DNA of 64,000 nucleotides from Octopus vulgaris (taxonomy: Eukaryota), in the NCBI GenBank assembly GCA_951406725.2, contig OX597818.1:142104001-142168000 (forward strand). Direction: 5' to 3'. A program made the translations under genes and the position numbers. Under the pieces are notes generated by a model. The model did not search any database. It had not been told where the DNA came from and saw only the letters and a list, made by a program, of their open reading frames with translations. Within the stretch, counting starts at the first letter, position 1; every line of letters starts with the position of its first letter. Below, piece after piece: positions 1-10,688 of the stretch.

Positions 1-127
1 GGCCATGTTCGGATAGTGCTTTTTATGTGCCACCGGCACAGAAGCCAGTTGAGGCGGCGCTGGCAACGGCCACGTTCGGATGGTGCTTTTTATGTGCCAC
101 CGACACAGGTATATATATATATATATA

Positions 128-1087
128 TGTAGGAATACAACCGTAAGTGAGGAGGTTGGTAACAGGTCTCCTTTGTAAGCCACACGGTCGCATCCCTAAC
201 AAAATAAGCCATCATACAACTTATACAACAGTGCCAACAGAATATAAATGAATGACGACAAGCCGTTCCACTGTTGGAGGGAAAATAGGATTTTATTTAC
301 AAGGTGTTAAGGTTAGAGGGTTGTGAGTGCTAGCCAGAGTTGTGTATGTGTGCATGCACAAGTGTTTGTGTATGTGTGTTCGTGTGTGTTATAAGGGTGA
401 ACATAGAGGACAAAATAGAAATGTCCAGACACAAGATAGAGATAAATACCAGTTCGTAAGGTACACAATAGCAGTTCGTTCTGTGTCCATGAAGTTGGGG
501 CAAAGAGGAGAGCAGTTACTACGCGTGTAGAAGTTGGGGCTTCGATCCATTTGCCAGGTTACATCGGTACAGAAGATCTCGCCGGTAGAGTTGTGCTGTT
601 AACCTTGGTGTGTCTACACGAACAGCATGTAAGCTAAACTTGAGCAAGTTGCTGTGTACATATCGTTGAGGTCGACGGTGGTGATGGCGACAGTGGTGGA
701 GACGTCCTGCATTGCTGGTGTATGTTGGCATCATCGCTGGCTGTAGCTGGAACATGGCTGGTGTGGTCGTCGCTGGAACTGGCTGCTCTGTGGTGGTGTG
801 GTCAGTGGCCAAAAACCAAAGACCTGGAATGGTAAATTCTGAGGCATTTTAAAGCATTCTAGAGACTCGAGATGAACATCCAAAAGACTGTGTCATGTGA
901 CCTTATCCTAAGGCCATGATTAGTTGGCTTTGGACAGTGGCGCGAAATAAAGTAGAGACAAACCACGCCACATGTCAACCAATCAGATCAGCTGACACCA
1001 CAGGAACAACCCAGCCAAAGATGGCTGTAATCTTAAACAAGATTATTCCTGTTGTGTCTCTCAAACAGTGAGGATATCAAAGACCGC

Positions 1088-1091
<4 letters not shown>
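128..1091 (-). mobile_element. Probable solo LTR (964 bp) inserted in a (TA)n tract
   Basis: Block begins TGTAG (128) and ends CTACA (1091), i.e. TG...CA with a short terminal inverted repeat, with (TA)n on both sides. Minus strand has a TTTAAAA TATA-like box near 850 and AATAAA near 295. No credible ORF. Confidence 0.6.
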
Positions 1092-1139
<48 letters not shown>

Positions 1140-1144
<5 letters not shown>

Positions 1145-1580
1145 TGAAAGAAGAGATTTCAACGTATTTTTCTATTTGAATTTTACGTGGATTATTTACT
1201 TCTACTGTTCTTGTGATAAAATTGAAAATAAAGGAAAATAAAATAAATCTTTTATTTCTGGAAAGACAAAAATGCTGCACAAACAGCAAAGTAGATATGT
1301 GCTGTTTATGGAGATGGTGTCCCTAGCTGAAAGTACTGTTCGTAAGGGATTTGCTAGGTTTAGAACTGAAAATTTTGACCTGGAACATCGTGAACATTCT
1401 GCAGGCCTACAGTCATTGATAATAAACAAATTGTAACTTTAATAAAAAATAATCCATGTCACACAATATAAGACATCTCAGGGATTCTTCTCTTATCTCA
1501 TGGGAGTTTTATAAAGCTTTTAAAAAAAACAACTTGGTTACATGAATCGCTATGATGTTTGGATGTCTCATAACTTAACA
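1140..1580 (+). mobile_element. Decayed mariner transposase 5' fragment
   Basis: Frameshifted translation gives ICAVYGDG..ESTVRKxFARFRTENFDLEHREHS and LGYMNRYDVWMSHNLT, matching the mariner HTH region and the WVPHEL-type linker. Confidence 0.75.
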
Positions 1581-1855
1581 CTAAGAAAAATAATTGTTTT
1601 TTTTTTTTTTGTGTGGAATCTACTACTCTGGCCTCCTAATATGCTACAAAACCTTTTTTGTGGTCCGTGAAACAGAGTGGGTGTGGTGGAAGCACTGACA
1701 AATTGCTACTCACCTCTTTGTTTCTTTGTTGTTAAATAAATGGATTGTCAACAAACACTTTTTTACTCGACGTAAAATAAAAACAAAACTCTTTCGCACC
1801 CAAAGTAATGTGTGTGAGAGAGAGTGGGGGAGAAAGATGAACGATTTAAAATAAA
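1578..1855. repeat. ~270-bp near-identical copy of Helitron-internal segment 3055-3325
   Basis: Direct match from cactaagaaaaataa through gaacgatttaaaataaa at both positions. Confidence 0.85.
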
Positions 1856-2406
1856 AACACTTAGTAGAGCACATTTTCATCTGTGATTCTCTGCTCAGAC
1901 AAAACAAAAAATATCCAGTTTTGTAAAAATATTTGTGCATTCTACAAGTATAACTAATTTATTACAGACAAGTTTTAACAAGATCTTACATAGATCCCGG
2001 TTGAGAACCACTGAGGTAGAGGAAAAAGAGAGAAAGTAGATGTGTTTAGCACAGAGGATATGATATTGTTGAAAGGAGAAGAAACGAGTGTGTCTGCATG
2101 TGTGTGTGTGTGCATGCATATTTATTGAAGGGACTATGAAAGCGGAAAGCAATTTCAAGATTTTGTATGTATAAGAGAATAATTGTGACAGACAATAAAA
2201 ATGAAAATTTAATTGTTGCTGCCTGTTTCAATATTCATGTATTTTTAATGACTTCTGTGCATCGATGTATATCTATCTGCATAAATATATTGACAAAAGA
2301 AAGATGGATGACTTGGTATATCTGATAACTTAGTTGTGTGAAATAACCTTAATTAGCAAATACTTGTGGATGTTAATTCTACAATTGTTTTTTTACTCTC
2401 ATTTAG

Positions 2407-2528
2407 TACCAGCAATTACCGTGACAAATGTAAAGGGGTATGCTTATAATGCCACAGCTATCAAGGTAACTTGGACCCCTGTAAAAGAAGACAGGAAGAC
2501 ATTAAAAGGAAAACTACGGGGATATAAG
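2407..2528 (+). CDS. CNTN: Contactin-like gene, internal exon (FN3 domain, first half)
   Basis: tttag|...AAG|gt. Reads xPAITVTNVKGYAYNATAIKVTWTPVKEDRKTLKGKLRGYK and joins 5650 in phase 0. Confidence 0.9.
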
Positions 2529-3379
2529 GTACTATGGGCCTTTTTGTTTTTTAATTAATTATTTTATACAATTTATTTAACTAGTTATTTAATGCTTGTT
2601 GCTTTTAAATTAATTTTAGCAAGACTATTAATTGTTTTTTGGGTTTTTTTTTTATTTAATTTGTTATGATATTAAGATGTTAAGAATAAGTGGTTATAAT
2701 GTTAAGAAATGATAGTTCTTTTGTCATTTTTATCAGTAACTAGCAGTATAACCCGGCCTTGCCCGGGATTAAGTTACGATTATTAAGCTAATCAAGTTTT
2801 TTATTTCAAACCAAACTAAGTAATATCAACGTCAAATTTGGGCAAAATCCGTTGAAATTGGTTATATTATATAAATATTATATATATATGATAATATAAT
2901 ATAATATAATATAAATATATATGGGCAACAGACACGAACACACATGTACGTACGTACACCTATTGCATGTTTTGTGCATGATGCATACATGTTCATAAAC
3001 AGAAATGAATGTAAAAATGTAGTTAAATTTGTAGATTAACACTAGGACGATTTTCACTAAGAAAAATAATCGTTTTTTTTTTGCGTGGAATCAACTACTC
3101 TGGCCTTCTAATATGCTACAAAACCCTTTTTGTGGTCCGTGAAACAGAGTGGGTGTGGTGGAAGCACTGACAAATTGCTACTCACCTCTTTGTTTCTTTG
3201 TTGTTAAATAAATGGATTGTCAACAAACACTTTTTACTTGGCGTAAAATAAAAACAAAACTCTTTCGCACCCAAAGTAATGTGTGTGAGAGAGAGTTGGG
3301 GAGAAAGATGAACGATTTAAAATAAATAAATTATAATTGTTGTGTGAGAAAGTATATATACTATGATTATAAAATAATC

Positions 3380-3810
3380 AAAATTTTGGGGAAAATTTTC
3401 AAAAGATTTTTGAAAAAATTTTGAGGAAAATTTTCAAAAAACTTTTGGGGAAAATTTTTTTGAAAAATTTTTTTGAAAATTTTCCCCAAAAACTTTTTTA
3501 AAATTTTTGAAAATTTTCCCCAAAAGTCTTGAAAATTTTTTTTTAATTTTCCTCAAAAATATTTTGAAAAATGTTTTTAAAATTTTCCTCAAAAATTTTT
3601 GAAAAATATTTTTGAAGATTTTCGCCAAAATTTTAGATTTTTTGAAAATTTTCCGCAAAAACTTTTGAAAAATTCCTTTTTGAGGAAAATTTTCAAGACA
3701 TTTTTCAAAACATATTTGAGGAAAATTTTCAAAAAATTTTTCAAAACGTTTGGGGAAAATTTTCAAAAGGTTTTGGGGAAAATTAAAAAAAAATTTTTTT
3801 TAATTTTTGA
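3380..3810. repeat. AT-rich quasi-palindromic minisatellite (gaaaattttc / aaaaattttt units) inside the Helitron
   Basis: Repeated GAAAATTTTC(C)CAAAA-type units in both orientations. Source of the spurious K/F-rich ORFs. Confidence 0.85.
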
Positions 3811-3941
3811 ATCGCTGTTGTTTTCCATAATTAGACAATACCCCCACCCTTTTGACACAATTCAATGATGTAAGCGATCTCTGAGACAATGTGATGTTTT
3901 GACCATATTGTGTGTGTCCTTTTAATTAATTTTTTTTTTTA

Positions 3942-4560
3942 TTAAACACTATCAAACTTCCGTTGCTGGTAAAATGTGTCTGTTGTGCAGACATGTCCAT
4001 GAACGGTTTTTAGGGCCTGGAAAAACATAGGCCCTCTGACCTTATGCAGTAGTAGACGAAGGTAGAAGCACTCTTGTTGAGTGGGATGCATTATGTATAC
4101 TTGCCCAAGGCAAGTGTGAAACTTAATGCCAGGGTATCCATGAACATTTTGACCTGCTTTCCGTGGGGCCCATTTTTTTCCATTCCAAGTGTAGTACGAT
4201 GGAATCTGTGGATACAGCAAGGTTTGAGCGAATGGATCCACTTGACAAAGCTTGAAGAATGCAGTGAGTGTGCTATCCCTTGATTCCTCTGCCAACAGAG
4301 AAGCATTAGCATCGGTGAAATACACTCTTTGACCATTTTCCAGGTGCCCTGCAAGCTGTTGAATGGTGGGGTGTCGTTGGTGAATTGGAAAGCCAAAGAT
4401 GCGCCAGAAAGCCTCGTTGCTACTTATGTACCGTCCCACCTGATAATGCGTCACCTCATCCTGGCAGTATTCTTGTTGAAGTCCAAACATTGCAGTGTCA
4501 GAACCCTTGTTTACATATTTACAAAACTCAACGTTGATGTGGGTATTGAAAGTCTTTGAC
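3942..4560 (-). pseudogene. Helitron Rep/helicase fragment
   Basis: ORF 3942-4490 has DEVTHYQVGRYISSNEAFWRIFGFPIHQRHPTIQQLxxHLENGQRVYF and ECFYLRLLLHKVRGP, characteristic of the Helitron RepHel linker region. Confidence 0.9.
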
Positions 4561-5040
4561 AGGAGTGGGCAATATGGAACAAATAAGGGTGAAAAATTGA
4601 ATATTAATTTGATTAATATGAATTGAAAACCAGTGGTGTAGCATATAAGACCATAGCAGATCTTCTTGTAGCAAAAAAGATGACCATTGTTAATGGTTCA
4701 TCCCTGTTATATAATACTTTCGCTTTAATAGTGAAAGTGTCTGCATTACAAAAGAGTGATGTTTTTGTTTCACTTTTAACATGTAATACTGAAATAGTGG
4801 AGAAGATATGATATTGCTGTGGGGTCGCCCTAGGGAAAAAGTTAAGATTTTTTTGCCGATGACACTCCCCGGACCTTAAGTAAGGCATGTGTAAAATTTG
4901 AATGAAATTGGTTGTGTAGTTCTCAAGTTTTAGGGAAACACACAGACAGACAGATACACATTCTCAGTTTTATATATATAGAGGTGCTGTTAGAACAATT
5001 TGTGAAGATTGCTATTAAAACTGAGTCAATGGAATGTATA

Positions 5041-5449
5041 TTCTCTTTACGCTTTTACTTGTTTCAGTCATTTGACTGCGGCCATGCTGGAGCACCGCCT
5101 TTAATTGAGCAACTCGACCCCGGGACTTATTCTTTTGTAAACCCAGTACTTATTCTATCGGTCTCTTTTGCCGAACCGCTAAGTAACGGGGACATAAACA
5201 CACCAGCATCGGTTGTCAAGCAATGCTAGGAGGACAAACACAGACACACAAACACACACACGCATATATATATATATATATATGTATATGACGGGCTTCT
5301 TTCAGTTTCCGTCTACCAAATCCACTCACAAGGCTTTGGTCAGCCCAAGGCTATAGTAGAAGACACTTGCCCAAGGTGCCATGCAGTGGGACTGAACCCA
5401 GAACCATGTGGTTGGTAAACAAGCTACTTACCACACAGCCACTCTTGCA
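5041..5449 (-). mobile_element. tRNA-headed CORE-type SINE with internal (CA)n(TA)n; related copies at 17332-17430, 26293-26668, 30760-31110, 42110-42815, 44520-44941, 54845-55010, 55063-55470, 60541-60970, 61950-62105
   Basis: Minus strand has head GGAGTGGCTGTGTGGTAAG-like...GGTTCAGTCCC (A/B boxes), a CORE-like GCACCTTGGGCAAGTG segment and tail GACTGAAACAAGTAAAAG. Recurs many times in the window. Confidence 0.85.
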
Positions 5450-5649
5450 TACAAATTTTCATTTAACTTGTATAAACTACAGCCAGTCCTCTAGATTCCT
5501 CCCTTAAACACTCATATTACAGAAACTTTGGAATATGAATGTTTAGTGGAGGAATCTAATACTTTTTCTTTTTTACTCAGAGCTGAATGTCTTCTAAATT
5601 GATCATTAAGATTGTTTAAATTATGAACATTCTCTTTCTTTTATTACAG

Positions 5650-5836
5650 ATAAAATACTGGAAATCAGATTTAAATGAACTGAGAGCTATTGAAGCTATA
5701 CATTATGGACAGGCTGAGGAGGCTCTATTAATTGGCTTACTACCCAACACCTACTATAACTTCCGAATGATGGTGTTTAACAGTGCTGGATTTGGACCAA
5801 TCAGTGACGAATACTTTGCCAAAACTTATCATAAAC
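5650..5836 (+). CDS. CNTN: Contactin-like gene, internal exon (FN3 domain, second half)
   Basis: ttacag|ATA...AAAC|gtaagg. Reads IKYWKSDLNELRAIEAIHYGQAEEALLIGLLPNTYYNFRMMVFNSAGFGPISDEYFAKTYHK (FN3 LxPxTxYxFxxxxxN..G.GP.S motif). Confidence 0.93.
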
Positions 5837-6185
5837 GTAAGGTCTTATCTATTTGAGACCCCGTTTACTCTTTGCTCCATTGTTTATTTTTCTTGTTTTT
5901 GTTTTTCTTCTCCTTAGTATTAACACTGTACCACATAGCATTATGTTGTTAAAGGTCTTAATTACAGAATATAACCTTTAAAGCCATATATGCACATGGT
6001 TTCCTCTTGGCTGTTCTGCTTTACAAGCCACAATTTCTGTCTTGGTAGACATCTTAGAAGACAGCCATGTGGTTACAAGGGGAACACAATGGGAAGTGGT
6101 GACGTTGATACTTTTCCTTTCCCCCAAATATGTTGGAATCAATATTGTTATAGTCTGGGACTGTCATACTACCAGTAAACATACT

Positions 6186-6474
6186 TCCTTCTCGAGCCAT
6201 GCCTGGCTCATAAGGGCCGGTTTCCCGGTTTTTTGGCGTATAGATTCCCCACCTGGATGCCGGTCCATCACAGGTGAGCTGCAAGATGCAGGAGGAAAGA
6301 CTGAGAGAAAGTTGTGGCGAAAGAGTTAGCAGAAGTTCGCCATATCCTTGTGCCAGAACCGTGTGAAGCTTTGGTGATTCACTCATAAACACACACATCG
6401 CCCGGTCTGAGATTCGAACCCGCGATCCCTCGAGCACAAGTCCACTGCTCTAACCTCTAGGCCATGTGCCTCCA
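6186..6474 (-). mobile_element. tRNA-derived SINE with 13-bp TSD; related heads at 7797-8171, 48163-48546, 55930-56210, 59500-59730, 63600-63900
   Basis: Minus strand head GTGGAGGCACATGGCCTAGAGGTTAGAGCAG...GGTTCGAATC. Flanked by the direct repeat CAGTAAACATACT (6173-6185, 6475-6487). Confidence 0.85.
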
Positions 6475-7084
6475 CAGTAAACATACTCATCAGCTGTGGC
6501 CCACCTTAATTTGTGGCAGGGTCTGTGCCAGACGTTTAAATACCCTAAGTTGGATCTACAATGAACACCTCCTTCTCCTAGTTGCAACTGTTTGCTGAAT
6601 ACAGCTAAAATCAATAACTTCTAATATATATATTTGAATAAGTTGGAGTCAGTAATAAATGTCCAACTGCACTCCTTGTTGACTCCAACTTATTCAATTA
6701 TCTATTCACACACTAAAGAAGCCCAAATACAAATCTGGAAGTACATATAATACAACTACTTGATAGCACAAGGTGAAGAATATATATGTGTGTGTGTGTG
6801 TGTGTGTGTCTCATAAATGACAGAGAAATAGTTTGATGAAATTTTCGGTGGCACATAAAAAGCACCAGCTGAACATGGTCAATGCCAGTACCCCCTGACT
6901 GGCTACCATGCTGGTGGCAGATAAAATACACTATACGAATGTGATCAACTCCAGGCCTACTTGACTGGCTCCTGTGCCAGTGGCATGTAAGAAGCACCCA
7001 CCACACTCTCAGAGTGGTTGGCATTAGGAAGAACATCCAGCTGTAGAAACATTGCCAGATCAGATTGGTGTTTTTCATTTACCT

Positions 7085-7773
7085 ACCCACTATCTTCAGT
7101 GCTTGACATTTTTATAGAGAACCCACTTCTCATCACCATTCACTATTTGGTCCAAAGATGGTTCATTCGTGAGATGTGACAGCAAAGAAGAGCACACATT
7201 CTGTCCCTGCACACGATTAGACTCGGATAGTTTGTGAAGAACCCATTGACCCAATTTGCTGACTTTTCTGATAGCATGCCGGTGTTGATGAATGGTTGAA
7301 TTACCAAATTCAAGCTTCTCTGCTAGTTCCTCGACAGTTACGATGAGATTTTGCTCCACCAGAGTTTGCAGGATGTCCTCATTGAACTCTACAGATCTTC
7401 CAGGATGAGGCTCGTCTTCTAGGCTGTAGTTTCTGGCTTGAAATTTCTGGAACCATTATTGACACTGGCTTATGCTTATTGTCTGGTCCCCATATATTGC
7501 ATTAATATTCTTCGCACTTTCTGTTGCGTTGTTGCCTTTATTGAACTCATACAGCAAAATGTGCTGAATATGCTCCTTTGTCACTTCCATTATAGCTTTG
7601 AAAAACTAACTGCTAAAAGCAAACTGCACTCTTTAAAACTTGCACTAAGAATAAGGATAAGATAAAATAGCTCCCTGCTTTTATAGCAAGTTGATGCAAA
7701 TAGTTTATACTGTCCCCCTTCAACTTTTAGTTCATACAATTTTAAAAACCACATTATTCATGGGATGATCCAA
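7085..7773 (-). mobile_element. Truncated mariner element (left TIR plus decayed transposase)
   Basis: TIR-like end TATTGGATCATCCCATGAATAATGTGGTTTT near 7773. ORF 7096-7359 carries KLGQWVLHKL (WVPHEL) and IVNGDEKWVLY (first catalytic D). Confidence 0.85.
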
Positions 7774-8173
7774 TATATGTGTCTGTGTGTATATGATGGA
7801 AGCACTCCGTCGGTTACGACGACGAGGGTTCCGGTTGATTCGAATGAACGGAACAGCCTGCTCGTGAAATTAACGTGTAAGTGGCTGAGCACTCCACAGA
7901 CATGTATACCCTTAACGTAGTTCTCGGGGATATTCATTCAGCGTGACACAGAGAGTGACAAGGCCGGCCCCTTGAAATACAGGTACAACAGAAACAGGAA
8001 GTAAGAGTGAGAAAAAGTTGTGGTGAAAGAGTACAGCAGGGATCACCACCATCCCCTGCCGGAGCCTCGTGGAACTTTTAGGTGTTTTTCGCTCAATAAA
8101 CACTCACAACGCCTGGTCTGGGAATCGAAACCGCGATCCTATGACCGCGAGTCCGCTGCCCTAACCACTGGGC

Positions 8174-8227
<54 letters not shown>

Positions 8228-8619
8228 ATTAAAAAAGTAGGTATGGGTTGGTATCAAGAAGGGCATTCAACCATTGAAAATTGACTCAATAAGTTTTGTC
8301 CAACCCATACCAGCATGAAAAAAAAAACATATAAAACTGACAATGATGATAAAGACAAACCAAACACCTTAATTTTTGGTAAAATCCAGAATTTGAGGAA
8401 ACAAAAGTCAGGATTAGTGAGAAAGCAATAATGGTAATTTTCTATGTAACAAACCTGTGTCCAAATCATAGTTGATTCCACTCTTTTCAGCAACTAAACT
8501 TACTTAAACCTTCAAACTGTTTTCTTTTCGTTACTTTAGATCTGACTTTGCAATTTGATATCTATTGAAATGAACCGTAAATGAGATTCTTAGAGTTTAC
8601 ATTTCTTTCTTTCTAACAG

Positions 8620-8735
8620 CACCGCACGACTATCCAACTGAAGTGCAGATCCTACCACTCAGTTCTGATTCTTGTATTATAGCGTTTAGAGGTGTTAGCA
8701 CCCAGAGTGATGAGGAACCACTGCAAGGATATTTG
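8620..8735 (+). CDS. CNTN: Contactin-like gene, internal exon (last FN3, first half)
   Basis: ctaacag|CA...TTG|gtaag. Phase 1 in, phase 0 out. Reads PPHDYPTEVQILPLSSDSCIIAFRGVSTQSDEEPLQGYL. Confidence 0.92.
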
Positions 8736-9082
8736 GTAAGAATTGAATATAGCAAATTACTCACGGGTTTCTTGGACTCTCTTGGTGTTAAAGAACATTT
8801 CAATGACATTCAATTATTTCACAAACACACTCAGTGTGTGTGTTTGTGAATATGGTGTTTGTGTATGTATGTGTGTGTGTGTGTGTGTGTGTGTATTAAT
8901 ATTTGTTTTTGTGTTCAGTTATAATAAAAACAATTTTGCATTAATCTGATAAATTACTCTATACTTTTGTAGAGTACAAATTTGTTGACAGTGACTTTGA
9001 AGTATCTGCTAGCTAAGGCAGTCTGATTATACCTTAGCTTGCTGAAACTTCGAAGTCGCTGTCAATAGCATTTTTGTTTAAA

Positions 9083-9135
<53 letters not shown>

Positions 9136-9267
9136 AAAGTTCAGCAAAATTTAGATTCAAATGAATATGGTACTTAATTTAGATGCACCAGAATTTTGTA
9201 TGGTGTTATGCATATAAATCCATGGGGTGGTTATAATCAAAATAAGCCACAAGAATAACTTCAGTAA

Positions 9268-9355
9268 TTTGGTACGATTGTTTCACGCTACATCATTTTA
9301 TTAAATGTTGTAAGTATTACAACAGTTTTAAAATGTTGAGCAATCATCAGCCATT
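9268..9355 (-). ncRNA. Minimal type I hammerhead ribozyme motif within a Penelope-like relic (about 9137-9400)
   Basis: Minus strand: tgg CTGATGA [long stem II] GAAA caatcg TA cca. Core boxes intact, GUA cleavage triplet, near-palindromic stem III. Confidence 0.6.
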
Positions 9356-10504
9356 AATAGAGGTTTTCCATTAATACATAATTTTCATATCATTATTTTA
9401 TTTTGTTGTATTTGTTTTCATCCTCATCCTTGTCCTCACTGTCATTTTCAATTCTACCTGGGAATTACATTAAGGATATACATCTCTCTCTCTCCAACTG
9501 TGATAGCCATGTGTCTCCTCTACATCTAGCCACCGGTTTCTGTCCTTCTTATATTTGTAACCTCTCATCCCCTGGCTCAAAGCCCTCTCCCTCCATGCCC
9601 CTCCCAACTCAGTTGAAAGGGTCATGTCTTGCAAGTTACTTGGTGACCTCACTGCTGCTGGTGCCACAGAAAAAGCACCCAGTACACTCTGTAAAGTGGT
9701 TGACACTAGGAAGAGCTTAAGGCCATAGAAACCAGGTCAAAGGAGACAGCAAAACTTGGTGTGCTGTGTTCTGACTTGCTGATTCCTGTCAGACTGTCCA
9801 ACAGATGCCAGCATGAAAAGTGGCCATTTAATAATGATGATGATGTCGGGAACATTCGGTTACTTGCATGTTAACCCTTTACCCAGCAAAGACAAGATGA
9901 CTCGTCTTCACCCAATTTGTCTTTTTCAGAGTGCAACAAGTAAACTCGTTCAAAACATAACTTCAAAAACAGCCACAGACGAGTTTATACATCAATTTTT
10001 GGCATTTCTCAGTTTTGCTGTTTTTTCCTTTTACAAATTATACCCAGATTTCGAAGTCAGAAAAATAAATATATAAAAAAAAAAAAGATCTTTGAGAAGA
10101 CATGCTAAAAAAAAAGAGTTAAAATAAATGTGCAATTCTCCTTTAAATTTGATGATAAAGTTTGGGGGAAAAAAAGTGATAAATAAAAAAATATTTAAAA
10201 AATACAAGATGGGTTATCTCATTTTTGCCAAAAATAGTATCTTCAAAATAAAATTTCAAGTAAAATATTGAGAAGTTATTTCCATAATCAGCATTAAAAA
10301 TGCTATAAAAAGCAATAAAAAAATGTCTCAAAATGAAATGTTTTCTCCCAAAAAATTTTCTAGGGAAGGACTTAAATTAGTAGTAGTAGGAAATCCAGTT
10401 GAGTGAATAATTGAATTCTCATTGTTCAATGATTGAAATCCACTGATACTACGAAGAAAACTTATTTCTGCTCTTTCTTCCTTTTTTTTTTTTTCCATTG
10501 ACAG

Positions 10505-10688
10505 GTCAAATACTGGTTGGTAAACGATGATATCCGACAGGCATTGCAGATAGATTTGGGACGTGAAGTTCAAGGAGAAATCAGAAATTTGAGAAAAGGG
10601 GTTGTATACAACCTGCGTGTCATTGGCTATAGCCGTGGGGGTGAAGGAGCAAAGAGTTCACCTGTCACTCAGTTTACAATTACAAAAG
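10505..10688 (+). CDS. CNTN: Contactin-like gene, internal exon (last FN3, second half)
   Basis: gacag|GTC...AAAG|gtaagt. Reads VKYWLVNDDIRQALQIDLGREVQGEIRNLRKGVVYNLRVIGYSRGGEGAKSSPVTQFTITK. The YxLRVxxYSxGGxGxxSSP pattern is typical of invertebrate contactin. Confidence 0.93.

Larger units (their letters stand above)
2740..4982 (-). mobile_element. Non-autonomous, internally deleted Helitron
   Basis: Minus strand starts TCTATATATATAAAA and ends with hairpin CCCGG-gcaagg-CCGGG followed by CTAG|T at 2740. Contains a Rep/helicase fragment. Confidence 0.85.

Noticed and set aside
519-812. 97-aa ORF in the GC-richer block
   Set aside because: Non-ATG start, low-complexity product, and located inside the probable solo LTR.
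3434-3868. K/F-rich amphipathic ORFs resembling antimicrobial peptides
   Set aside because: They are translations of the palindromic AT minisatellite inside the Helitron and are open on both strands.
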